Assembly: GCA_017436675.1 (NCBI GenBank)
Contig: JAFSCS010000001.1
Coordinates: 9,472-73,471, forward strand
Length of the DNA: 64,000 nt
Origin: Clostridia bacterium
Lineage (GTDB): Bacteria; Bacillota; Clostridia; Oscillospirales; CAG-382
Direction of reading: 5' to 3'
Of the stretch, positions 17,549 to 26,545 are shown piece by piece; within the stretch, counting starts at the first letter, position 1; the number at the start of each line of letters is the position of its first letter. The position numbers and the translations under genes were made by a program. The notes under the pieces are model-generated. The model searched no databases, had not been told where the DNA came from, and worked only from the letters and a program-made list of their open reading frames with translations.

Positions 17549-18427
17549 TTATTTTCCGAGGATGTCGGAGAGATTTTGTTGTATCCTTCTTGCAACGTCG
17601 GGCTTATTCATCGAATAAACGTGGATATGCGACACTCCGTTGGCATACAGGTCGATTATTTGGTCAGTCGCATACGCTATTCCCGCCTGCTTCATCGCAT
17701 CGGGGTCAGAACCGAACTTGTCAACAAGGCTTTTGAAGCGTTGAGGCATAAACGAGCCCGACAATTTTATCGATCTCTCGACTTGGTTGGCGTTCGTTAT
17801 CGGCATTATACCTGGCACGATCGGTACGGTTATACCCGCCTCACGTATTTTATAGAGGAAATTATAGAGCAGATTATTGTCAAAGAACATCTGTGTCGTC
17901 AAAAAGTCACATCCCGCATCGACCTTTTCCTTGAGGTGCTTTATATCGTCCTTTTGGTTAGCGCTTTCGGGATGCACCTCGGGGTAACACGCACCGCCGA
18001 TACAAAGCTCGGGGTACGCCGTCTTCAGCTCATATATGAGGTCGATCGCGTGCTTATAATCCCAATTGCTTCTATCCGCATCAATGAGGTGCGCAGGGAT
18101 ATCGCCGCGAAGCGCCATCACGTTTTCGATGCCTGCCGCTTTTATATCCTCAATACGCGCTCTTACAGTTTCGCGCGTTGACGAAACGCAGGTGAGATGC
18201 GCGAGAGTCGGAACACCGTATAGCTCCTTTATATTCTTCGCGATGTCGAGGGTATATTTACTCGTTCCGCCGCCCGCACCGTAGGTCACACTCATAAACG
18301 ACGGGCGAAGCTTTGCTATCTCCTCGGTAGCTTCCTTTACACTTTCGAAGCTCGTTTCCGTTTTCGGCGGGAACACCTCAAAAGAAAGCGATATTCTATC
18401 GTTTTTTATAATATCGATCAATTTCAT
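17549..18427 (-). CDS. metF: 5,10-methylenetetrahydrofolate reductase
   Basis: 292 aa with 'SFEVFPPKTE', 'SVTYGAGGGT' and 'HLTC', all MetF blocks. Confidence 0.85.
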   Translation of the reverse strand: MKLIDIIKNDRISLSFEVFPPKTETSFESVKEATEEIAKLRPSFMSVTYGAGGGTSKYTLDIAKNIKELYGVPTLAHLTCVSSTRETVRARIEDIKAAGIENVMALRGDIPAHLIDADRSNWDYKHAIDLIYELKTAYPELCIGGACYPEVHPESANQKDDIKHLKEKVDAGCDFLTTQMFFDNNLLYNFLYKIREAGITVPIVPGIMPITNANQVERSIKLSGSFMPQRFKSLVDKFGSDPDAMKQAGIAYATDQIIDLYANGVSHIHVYSMNKPDVARRIQQNLSDILGK

Positions 18428-18529
18428 ATCTATGGCCTCTTTTATTCCTTAATAATATAATTATACAACAGAAAAAACCAATAATCAAGCGGTTTTCAGA
18501 ATTAATTGCTTGAAAAATAAGATTCGATT

Positions 18530-18538
18530 TGTTATAAT
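18530..18538 (+). promoter_or_regulatory. Candidate extended -10 promoter element for the repeat lipoprotein gene
   Basis: TGTTATAAT (TGnTATAAT) lies 87 nt upstream of the ATG at 18625. Confidence 0.3.
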
Positions 18539-18624
18539 AAAAATAGGATAGTTTAATTTTGGGGATGAGGATTTCGGAGAATTTTTTCGACTATCTTATA
18601 TAGAATATTTTTGGAGGTGTTTTT

Positions 18625-21057
18625 ATGAAAAAATTTGCTTTTTTACTTTTGGTATTATCGGCTATAATTTTGCTCTTTGGTTGTAACACTCCCGCAGATA
18701 TGGAAAGCGACGTTTCAAGCATTGAAAATGACGTTTCGAGTACCGAAAGTGACGTTTCGAGTGTTGAAAGTGATGTTTCGAACACCGAGGTTTCGGACGA
18801 AAAGACAGTTTCAAACATTGTCAATTTAGCTGAACAAAACGGATACTTTACGTCCCAAGTAGCAGAAAACTTTTATTTTGACGAACAATATATTTATACG
18901 TTTAGGACGCTTGTGAGCAACTATATAATCGTTCATTACACCGACGGAACGCAAGATAACGTAAAAAATGCGCTTAGGAAGGGGCATATTACAATATCCG
19001 ACCTCGACAGATTTGATATTGATTATATCACAACGCCAAATCATATTGAAAAAATAGTTGACCTGACGAAAACAGAAGAATATGAGAGAGATTATCAATC
19101 TCGTCGCGAAACTTTTTTTGCTGACGATGAGTTCTACTATTTCTTTAACACTACGAAAAGCACTGCTATAAAAGTGCATTTTAAAGACGGAACAACACAA
19201 CCACTCAAGTTCGCTTTGGAAGAAGGCAAGGTCAGGATAACCGACCTCGATCGTTTCAGGGTGATGTATTACAAAAGTGCAATTAACGGCAATTTAAAAA
19301 AAGAAATATTAGAGTTTATCGGAGGCGGAGAAGCTTGGGAATATAGCGATTATTCCGATGGGTATTACATATATCACTTGAACTCAAAGAAAAACGACGC
19401 GACGACTGTCGTTTATACCGACGGTTCAAGAGAAAACATTGCCGATGCGCTTAAAAACAAGAATTTGACGCTATCTGACCTTGAAAAGTACGACATAACC
19501 TACACTAAAAATCCTCTCGACAGATATCCCGATGAGAAGATGATAAAGAACATTATTGATGACACTTTGCTTTTTGACATCATAACCCCTGACGAAGTGG
19601 AGGAATTTTATTCGGAAGACGGTTTTGTTTATACTTTTCCGTCACTCAAAAGTGAACACGTTATTGTTTATTACACAACCGGTATGAGTGAACCGATTAC
19701 GGACGCTCTGAAATCGGGTAGGATAAAGATAACCGATCTCGACAGATATGATATTGAATACAGAATCGAAGCTGTCGGTGAACCCTATGTGGTTGATATT
19801 GTTGACCTTGTGGCAAAAGGCGAGAAGGAGATGCCGAGTGGAACGGAGCATTTCTACAACACGACCGATCGCGAATACGTATTTGTTCTTACAAACAGCG
19901 AAAGCGTTATAGTTCACTATAGTGATGGCACGACTCAAAACGTTAAAGAAGCTCTGAAAAGCGGCAGAATTAATATAGATTATCTTGACAGATACGGAAT
20001 CAGATATATTGTCAAACCGAAATATGTAAAACGTATCGTTGACCAATCGACAAGCCTTGTCGATTTAGAGCTGTTACCGTTTGAAGATGTCATTTATAAT
20101 GACGGTGAATATTTATACACCTTCCAAACCAACAAATCCGGTTTTGTACAGGTGTTTCATAACGATGTTACAAGGCATGATCAAACTGTCAAAGCAGCCT
20201 TGGCGAGCGGTGTTATACGCATCGAGGATCTTGCTTGGTATGGCATCAGCTATGACAAAATAAGATCCGATGGAACGCGAGAAGAAAAAGAGCTTTTAAA
20301 GATAGTCAACTGGAACGAGCTCGGCTACGACGATAGCTTTTATATATATTCAGTCATATTTACAGACGAGAAATATGAATATTACCTCGAGGTTCCCTAT
20401 AAAGACTACAAAACGCAAGACTATATTATCGCTTATTACAGCGACGGAACGGCACAACGAATTGATGTTGCCCTCCAAGAAGGAAATATCACAATAGACG
20501 ATCTTGACAAATATGGGATAAAATACACTACCCAACCCGTTCCTCCGTATCACGAAGAGATCAAAGACATCGTCGGTGGCGCACCAAAGCAACCGAGAGA
20601 CGCGAAAGAGATATTCTGGAGCGACGATAACTATTGCTACGTCTTCCCGAAGGTTCAAAGTCGAAATATCTACGTCAATTACAAGGACAAAAAGAGAAGC
20701 CAACAAATGCTCAAGGAAGCATTGGCTGACGGAAGTATAACGCTTTCCGACCTTGAATTGTTCGGCTTTAAATTCACGAAAGAACCGCTCGGAAAATATT
20801 CGGATAAAAAGACTGTTTCGGACATTGTCAACTTGGCTTTCCTATATGGATTTGACTTGCCGGATTGCGAAGAAATATTCTATCAAGATGACGAAAATGA
20901 ATACACATTCGGTCAGATAATGAGCGACTGCATAATCGTTTATTACACCGACGGCACGGGAGAATATCTCGTTGATGCGCTTGAAAGTGGGCACATAAAA
21001 ATAACCGATCTTGACAAATTTGGGATCGGATACCGGAAAGAGTCTAAAAGCAGATAA
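18625..21057 (+). CDS. Lipoprotein built from nine tandem ~80-aa modules of an unrecognised domain
   Basis: Lipobox 'ILLFGC' and an acidic (E/D)xDVSS linker. Nine modules then share the pattern '[IV]xV.Y.DG....[IV]..AL..G.I.I.DLD[KR][FY][DG]I.Y'. Confidence 0.8.
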   Translation: MKKFAFLLLVLSAIILLFGCNTPADMESDVSSIENDVSSTESDVSSVESDVSNTEVSDEKTVSNIVNLAEQNGYFTSQVAENFYFDEQYIYTFRTLVSNYIIVHYTDGTQDNVKNALRKGHITISDLDRFDIDYITTPNHIEKIVDLTKTEEYERDYQSRRETFFADDEFYYFFNTTKSTAIKVHFKDGTTQPLKFALEEGKVRITDLDRFRVMYYKSAINGNLKKEILEFIGGGEAWEYSDYSDGYYIYHLNSKKNDATTVVYTDGSRENIADALKNKNLTLSDLEKYDITYTKNPLDRYPDEKMIKNIIDDTLLFDIITPDEVEEFYSEDGFVYTFPSLKSEHVIVYYTTGMSEPITDALKSGRIKITDLDRYDIEYRIEAVGEPYVVDIVDLVAKGEKEMPSGTEHFYNTTDREYVFVLTNSESVIVHYSDGTTQNVKEALKSGRINIDYLDRYGIRYIVKPKYVKRIVDQSTSLVDLELLPFEDVIYNDGEYLYTFQTNKSGFVQVFHNDVTRHDQTVKAALASGVIRIEDLAWYGISYDKIRSDGTREEKELLKIVNWNELGYDDSFYIYSVIFTDEKYEYYLEVPYKDYKTQDYIIAYYSDGTAQRIDVALQEGNITIDDLDKYGIKYTTQPVPPYHEEIKDIVGGAPKQPRDAKEIFWSDDNYCYVFPKVQSRNIYVNYKDKKRSQQMLKEALADGSITLSDLELFGFKFTKEPLGKYSDKKTVSDIVNLAFLYGFDLPDCEEIFYQDDENEYTFGQIMSDCIIVYYTDGTGEYLVDALESGHIKITDLDKFGIGYRKESKSR

Positions 21058-21077
21058 CAAATTAACAATAAACGGAT

Positions 21078-21111
21078 AAAAAAAGAACGAAGCGGTGCTT
21101 CGTTCTTTTTG
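21078..21111 (+). terminator. Intrinsic terminator
   Basis: AGAACGAAGC-GGT-GCTTCGTTCT flanked by A7 and T4. Confidence 0.7.
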
Positions 21112-21143
21112 TGCTCATAGTACAAAAATGCAACTCGTAAAAT

Positions 21144-21312
21144 CACGGCGAAGCCGTGTATGAAATCCGCAGCTTGTCTGCGGTATGGTATCAACACGAA
21201 GTGTTGAATGTAATCAATCCGAAGGAGGATACACGCTGACGCGTGATGCCATACGCCTTCGGCGATTACATACTCACCTGCGGTGAGGTTATATGCCAAT
21301 CCTTCGGATTGG
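21144..21312. repeat. Hairpin-chain intergenic element, copy B (different primary sequence, same architecture)
   Basis: Seven GC-rich hairpins with 4-7 bp stems and loops GAA, CTTGT, TGAC, TTC, TGC and TTCG. Outside the central segment they are separated by exactly 8-nt AT-rich spacers. Left spacers are TATGAAAT, TATGGTAT and AATGTAAT; right spacers are ATGCCATA, ATTACATA and GTTATATG. Confidence 0.6.
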
Positions 21313-21316
21313 ATAG

Positions 21317-21346
21317 AAAAAAGCAAGTCTCTCGACTTGCTTTTTT
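21317..21346 (-). terminator. Bidirectional intrinsic terminator downstream of the tRNA
   Basis: A6-GCAAGTC-TCTC-GACTTGC-T6. Confidence 0.7.
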
Positions 21347-21348
21347 CT

Positions 21349-21423
21349 TGGAGCTGGTGAGGGGATTTGAACCCCTGGCCTATTGATTACGAATCAATTG
21401 CGCTACCACTGCGCCACACCAGC
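21349..21423 (-). tRNA. tRNA-Thr (anticodon CGU), CCA encoded
   Basis: Manual cloverleaf fold: acceptor GCTGGTG/CACCAGC, D stem GCGC/GCGC, anticodon stem ATTGA/TCAAT with loop TTCGTAA, T arm AGGGG-TTCAAAT-CCCCT, 3' TCCA; 75 nt. Confidence 0.95.
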
Positions 21424-21484
21424 ATTGGCTTTTTTGACCAAAGCCTATTATATCAAAACAGTTTGTCGATGTCAAGCATTTTTA

Positions 21485-22129
21485 TCAAAAATACTTCTCC
21501 AAAATATCGCTAAATCCTTTTTCAACGCTATTCGTACACTCGAGCAATCTTCTTCTCGACTGATGACCGCCCTCGACGAGCACTATATCACAGCCCATCG
21601 CCAAAGAAGTTTCATAGTCGTGGACTGTGTCGCCTATCATCAATGCTTTCGCCATATCGATGCGGCTTCCGAGCTTTTTCCCGAGCGCGACCTTGCTCTC
21701 CGCGTGGATATTATCGAGCCCGAGCACCTCCTCGAAATATTCCGTTATCCCGAGGTCGCGAAGCTGACCGTGAAGCATCTCCAACTCCGTTGCCGAAAGG
21801 ATATACTGTTTAACGCATCTGCTTTTCAACGACTTCATCATATCGAGCACACCACTTTTTAGCGTTGACGTTTTCACCGCCTCGTTATACAGCTCCACCC
21901 AAAGCGGTGCGACGACCTCATACGGCTCGTTGACAAAGTCAAAGCCGAGTGCGGCATAATATTTTTTTATCGGGAAATCGAACACCTCGCGGTAAAAGTC
22001 GAAGTCGGGCATTGGCGAAAGACCTCTTTCGACGAGCAATTTATTAACGCTCGACATACTCGCCTCGACGTCGTCAAGTATCGTGCCGTTGAAATCCCAT
22101 ATTACGTATTCATATTTTTTCATCTTCAT
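21485..22129 (-). CDS. HAD-family hydrolase (phosphatase)
   Basis: 'YVIWDFNGTILDD' (DxDGT-type motif I variant) and 'MIGDTVHD' (motif IV). The track start at 22135 is TTG; ATG 22129 is preferred. Confidence 0.8.
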   Translation of the reverse strand: MKMKKYEYVIWDFNGTILDDVEASMSSVNKLLVERGLSPMPDFDFYREVFDFPIKKYYAALGFDFVNEPYEVVAPLWVELYNEAVKTSTLKSGVLDMMKSLKSRCVKQYILSATELEMLHGQLRDLGITEYFEEVLGLDNIHAESKVALGKKLGSRIDMAKALMIGDTVHDYETSLAMGCDIVLVEGGHQSRRRLLECTNSVEKGFSDILEKYF

Positions 22130-23843
22130 TCTCAAGCTTTACGTACGCTGACCAATATTTATCGTACGTCACGAATCCTGCTTTTGCGCCCGACGGCTTT
22201 TTGATATATCTTTTGAAGGTATAATCGACAGCGACAAGCGGTGAGCGTGATTGTGACGAATGGAGTGCGGCTATTTTTATTGCCTCATTATAATCGTCGT
22301 CGCCGACCTCTCTGCCCTCGGTATATAATATGACGTGCGATCCCGGAGCGTTCTTCACGTGAAACCACAGGTCGTCCTTATCTGCGCCAAAGGTGAGCTG
22401 GTCGTTTTGGATATTATTTTTTCCGACCTTAACGGTGAAACCTCCGCTCGTTTTGAACGTCAACGGCTCGCTCTTTTTCGTCTTTTGGACGTATTTTTTG
22501 CTTCCGTTTTGACCGATATATCCGTTCATTGCAAGTTCGTCGCGGATATCCTCGAGCTCACGCTCCGTTATTGCTCTTGAAAGTGCATCCTCTACAGTTT
22601 CGAGATATGCGATATCGCTTCTCGTCAGCTTTACGCGCTCCTCGGTGATGCGCTCCGCGTTTCTGTACTTTTGGTACTTTTTATAATACACCTGAGCATT
22701 AGCCGACGGCGAGAGCCGTTTATTGAGCGGTACTGTTACCTCGACGTTATCCTCATAATCGAACAGCGTTGCCTTCTCCATACCGTATTTCAACATATAG
22801 AGGCTGCCGATAATGAGGTCGCCGTATTTTTTATATTTATCCTTATTCTTGCACTCCTCAAGATCCTCGAGCTGTGAGGCAAGCTTCTTTTGCTCGTGCG
22901 CCATTGCGGATGATATAAGGTGTGCGATATCCGTTTTCTTTCTCGATGCGGTTTCAAGCGAGCCTTTTTTCGAATAATACTCATTTTGAAGCTCGGCAAA
23001 CGTTTCGAACGTTTTTCTCGGCTTATCTCCGTACTGCGTTATCTCGATAAACGAATATTCGATCGGCTTCCCATCGCTCTCGCTGACGATACACGGAGTA
23101 AAGCTACTGTTTTTTATTACCGAAACGACGCTTTCAAGCTCGTTCCAAAGTCTTTCTGCGCCACCCTCTCTTTTCGGTGCATCGGTAATTCCGAACGCGC
23201 GGAACGAGATCTCGCGGCAGACGAGCGGGCTGAGTCCCAAAAATGACGACAAGAGGAAGCTGTCTGCTGTTTTTTCCGTTTCGTCGTAAAGTGATGCGAA
23301 CTGCTCTTTCGTCACCTCGAGCGTATTCAGCTTATCCTGTGCGGGCGGAAGCTCATATTCCGCACCGATGAGGGTGAGGCGTTTTCCGTTGGTGAGGTCT
23401 GCGCTCTTCAGCACGCCCATTATACGATCATCCTCGCCGAGCAGGAAAAGGTTCGAATATTTTCCCATTATCTCGACGACGATATATTTTCTTCTCGAAT
23501 AGCCCATCTCGTCGGGCTTCTCAAAGCCTATTTTTATCACTCTGTCGAAGCCATACTGCTCTGCGCTGACGATCTTCGACGATGCTATATGCTTTCGAAG
23601 CAGCATACAAAAACCCGTCGGTGTCGATGGGTTTTCTCTTTCGTCTGCGCCGACCGAGATACGCGGTGACGACGGTGAGCACGACAATATGAGGTTTGTG
23701 TCCTTTTTATTTCTTCCGCTGATATATAGCGAAACGACGACGCTGTCCTTTTCGGGCATATACACCTTTTCTGCCTTTGCGCCGACGACTTCTCTTTGCA
23801 GCTCGTTTACCACTGCACTGCAAAATCCACTGTCAAATGCCAT
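22110..23843 (-). CDS. rqcH: NFACT-family ribosome quality-control protein RqcH (FbpA-like)
   Basis: 577 aa. N-terminus 'MAFDSGFCSAVVNELQ...KVYMPEKDSVVVSLY' and a C-terminal NFACT-R block 'DLWFHVKNAPGSHVIL'. Confidence 0.85.
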   Translation of the reverse strand: MAFDSGFCSAVVNELQREVVGAKAEKVYMPEKDSVVVSLYISGRNKKDTNLILSCSPSSPRISVGADERENPSTPTGFCMLLRKHIASSKIVSAEQYGFDRVIKIGFEKPDEMGYSRRKYIVVEIMGKYSNLFLLGEDDRIMGVLKSADLTNGKRLTLIGAEYELPPAQDKLNTLEVTKEQFASLYDETEKTADSFLLSSFLGLSPLVCREISFRAFGITDAPKREGGAERLWNELESVVSVIKNSSFTPCIVSESDGKPIEYSFIEITQYGDKPRKTFETFAELQNEYYSKKGSLETASRKKTDIAHLISSAMAHEQKKLASQLEDLEECKNKDKYKKYGDLIIGSLYMLKYGMEKATLFDYEDNVEVTVPLNKRLSPSANAQVYYKKYQKYRNAERITEERVKLTRSDIAYLETVEDALSRAITERELEDIRDELAMNGYIGQNGSKKYVQKTKKSEPLTFKTSGGFTVKVGKNNIQNDQLTFGADKDDLWFHVKNAPGSHVILYTEGREVGDDDYNEAIKIAALHSSQSRSPLVAVDYTFKRYIKKPSGAKAGFVTYDKYWSAYVKLENEDEKI

Positions 23844-23850
23844 TATTACC

Positions 23851-24495
23851 TCAAATACGGCTCAATCTCTCGCAAACCGTTTCCAAAATCTCTTTTTCCT
23901 TCTCGCCAACGCCCAAGAGCTTTTTCCTTAATGAGCGGACGAGCTTTTCGTTATATTGTTTTCTGTCCTCGTTCGTATCACGTTCAAAGCCGATATACGT
24001 ATCTTCTTCGGAATATTCTATCTTCTCGCCCGTATACCTTGTCACCAACACGACGTACGGCTTTCCGTGCTCGACGGAATAGACCTCTTTTTCGATCATA
24101 TAGCCGTTATCCCAAAGATATTTCCGAAGATATTCCTGATGCCGCATCGGTTGGAGGATAAGCGTACACTCACGACACCTTTCTGCGCGAGCGATGATAT
24201 CAGCGATAAGTATTCCGCCCATTCCGCAGATCGTTACGGTATCGTAATCGTAATCGACGCCGTCAAGTCCGTCGGCGAGGAAAAAAGTCATTTTTTCAAA
24301 CACCTCGAAGCGTATCGCCGTTTTTTTTGCCGACTCGAGCGGGCCGACGTTGATATCCGTTACCGCACTTCTTTTTATTTTCCCGTCTTTCACGAGTTTT
24401 GCGGGCAGATACCCGTGGTCGCTCCCGACGTCGACCAAAACCGCGCCCTCGGGAACGAGCGCATATACGCTCTCAAGTCTTTTTCCTAAATTCAT
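23851..24495 (-). CDS. trmK: tRNA (adenine22-N1)-methyltransferase
   Basis: 'LVDVGSDHGYLPAKLVKDGKI..AVTDINVGPLESAKK'. The start is set at ATG 24495, 2 nt after the apgM stop; the track start at 24558 overlaps apgM. Confidence 0.85.
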   Translation of the reverse strand: MNLGKRLESVYALVPEGAVLVDVGSDHGYLPAKLVKDGKIKRSAVTDINVGPLESAKKTAIRFEVFEKMTFFLADGLDGVDYDYDTVTICGMGGILIADIIARAERCRECTLILQPMRHQEYLRKYLWDNGYMIEKEVYSVEHGKPYVVLVTRYTGEKIEYSEEDTYIGFERDTNEDRKQYNEKLVRSLRKKLLGVGEKEKEILETVCERLSRI

Positions 24496-24497
24496 TT

Positions 24498-25682
24498 CTA
24501 TTCTATAAACGTGTCGATAAGCTTGAAGCCATTCGGGATATTGAGTCCGTTCTCGCATTTTTTCTCGCTGAACGTATCGACTCCGTTTTCTTCTTTTCTC
24601 GTATCGTAAATTATAAACGGCACGCTTTCGGGTGAATGCGTACGTATCTCTATCGGTGTCGGATGGTCGGGGCAGAAAAGAATTCTCAGGTCCATACCCT
24701 TTACGTTTTCAAGGATATATCCGAGCATTTCATCGAGGTATTCGATCGACTTCACCTTTTCCTCGGCGTTACCTTGGTGGCCGCACTCATCGGGTGCTTC
24801 AACGTGGAGATACACGAGGTCATATTTCTCGAGCGCATCCACAGCCGCCTTCGCTTTTCCGCTGAAGTTGGTCTTGATATTACCCGTTGCGCCCTCGACG
24901 TTGATAACGTCCATTCCTGCGCATATTGCGATTCCCTTTATCAGATCGACTGCACTTATCGCAACGCCCTTCAGTCCAAATCGCTCCTCGAAGCTCGGGA
25001 GTGCGGGTTTCATTCCGTTCGCCCAAAGCCAGATCGAGTTGGCGGGGTTTTTGCCCTCTGCTTTTCTTTTCAAATTTATCGGATGATCCTTCAAAAGCGA
25101 ATAGCTCTTCTTCATCAGCTCGAGATACTCTTCGCTTTTCGGAAGATATTCTTTTATCTTTCGTCCCAATATATCGTGCGGTCTTGAAAACTCGGGTGGT
25201 GTCGGGCAATTATCCCACATCAAGCAATGGCGATAGCTGACACCGGGGTGGAATTTGCGCTTTTCTGTTCCGAGGTGCTCGTCGATATAGCGAATAAGCT
25301 CTGCGGCGCTCTCGTTATCGATCTCGCCTGAGCTATGGTCGATCATCGTCAATGCCTCGTAATCGTCGCTATCCTCGGAAAGCGTTACGATATTGCATCT
25401 TATTGCCGTTTGGGTATCCGACATCGGTATTCCCATACTGAGTGCTTCAAGCGGTGAACGTCCCTTCGAATAGACTCTCGGATCGTAGCCAAGAAGCGCG
25501 AGGTTTGCGGTGTCACTCTCGGGAACCATTCCAAGAGGTGTCGGAAGCGTCATTCCATACACACTTCGCTTCGCGATATAGTCGATATTCTCTTTTTTTG
25601 CCGCCTCAAGCGGTGTTTTATTTCCAAGCGACTCGATCGGTCTGTCCGCCATTCCGTCGCCGATAAATATCAGATATTTCAT
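24498..25682 (-). CDS. apgM: Cofactor-independent phosphoglycerate mutase, ApgM type
   Basis: 'MKYLIFIGDGMADRPIESLGNKTPLEAA' and 'VEAPDECGHQGN'. Start ATG 25682 has RBS AAAGGA. Confidence 0.85.
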   Translation of the reverse strand: MKYLIFIGDGMADRPIESLGNKTPLEAAKKENIDYIAKRSVYGMTLPTPLGMVPESDTANLALLGYDPRVYSKGRSPLEALSMGIPMSDTQTAIRCNIVTLSEDSDDYEALTMIDHSSGEIDNESAAELIRYIDEHLGTEKRKFHPGVSYRHCLMWDNCPTPPEFSRPHDILGRKIKEYLPKSEEYLELMKKSYSLLKDHPINLKRKAEGKNPANSIWLWANGMKPALPSFEERFGLKGVAISAVDLIKGIAICAGMDVINVEGATGNIKTNFSGKAKAAVDALEKYDLVYLHVEAPDECGHQGNAEEKVKSIEYLDEMLGYILENVKGMDLRILFCPDHPTPIEIRTHSPESVPFIIYDTRKEENGVDTFSEKKCENGLNIPNGFKLIDTFIE

Positions 25683-25699
25683 AAGCTTTCCTTTCGGGA

Positions 25700-26530
25700 T
25701 CAATCGATCAGCTCTTTATAGACTTGATTCTTCGCGATCCCTCTGTCTTTTGCAACGGCTTTACAAGCATCCATTTTTTGAAGTCCAAGCGATGCATAAT
25801 GCTCATAATGCTCCTTTATGGTCATCTCACTCCAAAATTCGTGCTCGCTTCCGTTATATCCGCTGACAACGAGGACGTATTCGCCCTTCTTACCCTCGCT
25901 TTTTGCAGCTTCTTCAAGAGAAGTCAGGACTATCTCCTCGTTCAGCTTCGTCAGCTCGCGGCAAAGCGCGATCTCACGGTCACCAAAGCTTTCATAAAGC
26001 TCTGTGATAACGGTCGAATATTCGTGAGGTGAGATATAGAACACCATCGTTCGTTTTTCGGTCTTCAGCTCGTTCATTCTTTCGCGGCGAGCCGATTTAT
26101 TTTTTTCGAAAAATCCTTCGAACACGAAGCGTCTCGTGTCTATTCCGCAAGCACTCAACGCACAGATGACTGCGCTTGCGCCGGGGACGGGTAAGACCTT
26201 CACTCCGCTGTTCTTCAAATATCTGACGAGCTCGACACCCGGATCGGAGATACACGGTGTTCCGGCGTCGGTGATTATTGCCGCGGTCTCTCCGTTTTGG
26301 AGGCGCGCCAATATCTCCTCGTGACGACTGTTCTTGTTATGCTCATAATAGCTGACAAGGCTTCCCTTGATGCCAAGCAGCATCAAAAGCTTTCCGCCGA
26401 CACGAGTGTCCTCGGCACATATAAAATCTACGCTTTCGAGTATTTCTTTTCCTCTTATCGTCATATCACCCATATTTCCTATCGGTGTTGCAACGACGTA
26501 GAGCACTCCTCTTTCGATCTCGCCCTTCAT
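25700..26530 (-). CDS. rsmI: 16S rRNA (cytidine1402-2'-O)-methyltransferase
   Basis: 'LYVVATPIGNMGDMTIRGKEILESVDFICAEDTR' and 'ITDAGTPCISDPG'. Confidence 0.9.
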   Translation of the reverse strand: MKGEIERGVLYVVATPIGNMGDMTIRGKEILESVDFICAEDTRVGGKLLMLLGIKGSLVSYYEHNKNSRHEEILARLQNGETAAIITDAGTPCISDPGVELVRYLKNSGVKVLPVPGASAVICALSACGIDTRRFVFEGFFEKNKSARRERMNELKTEKRTMVFYISPHEYSTVITELYESFGDREIALCRELTKLNEEIVLTSLEEAAKSEGKKGEYVLVVSGYNGSEHEFWSEMTIKEHYEHYASLGLQKMDACKAVAKDRGIAKNQVYKELID

Positions 26531-26545
26531 TTTTTGTCCTTTCGA

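Noticed and set aside
18428-21484. Genomic islet integrated at tRNA-Thr, with the repeat lipoprotein as cargo.
   Set aside because: I can see no integrase, no direct repeat of the tRNA 3' end and no mobility genes. Both flanks are ordinary housekeeping genes with their own terminators.
21383-21862. 159-aa plus-strand ORF that starts inside the tRNA-Thr gene and runs antisense to the HAD hydrolase gene.
   Set aside because: It overlaps a confidently folded tRNA and a motif-supported minus-strand CDS. It has no RBS and no recognisable domain.
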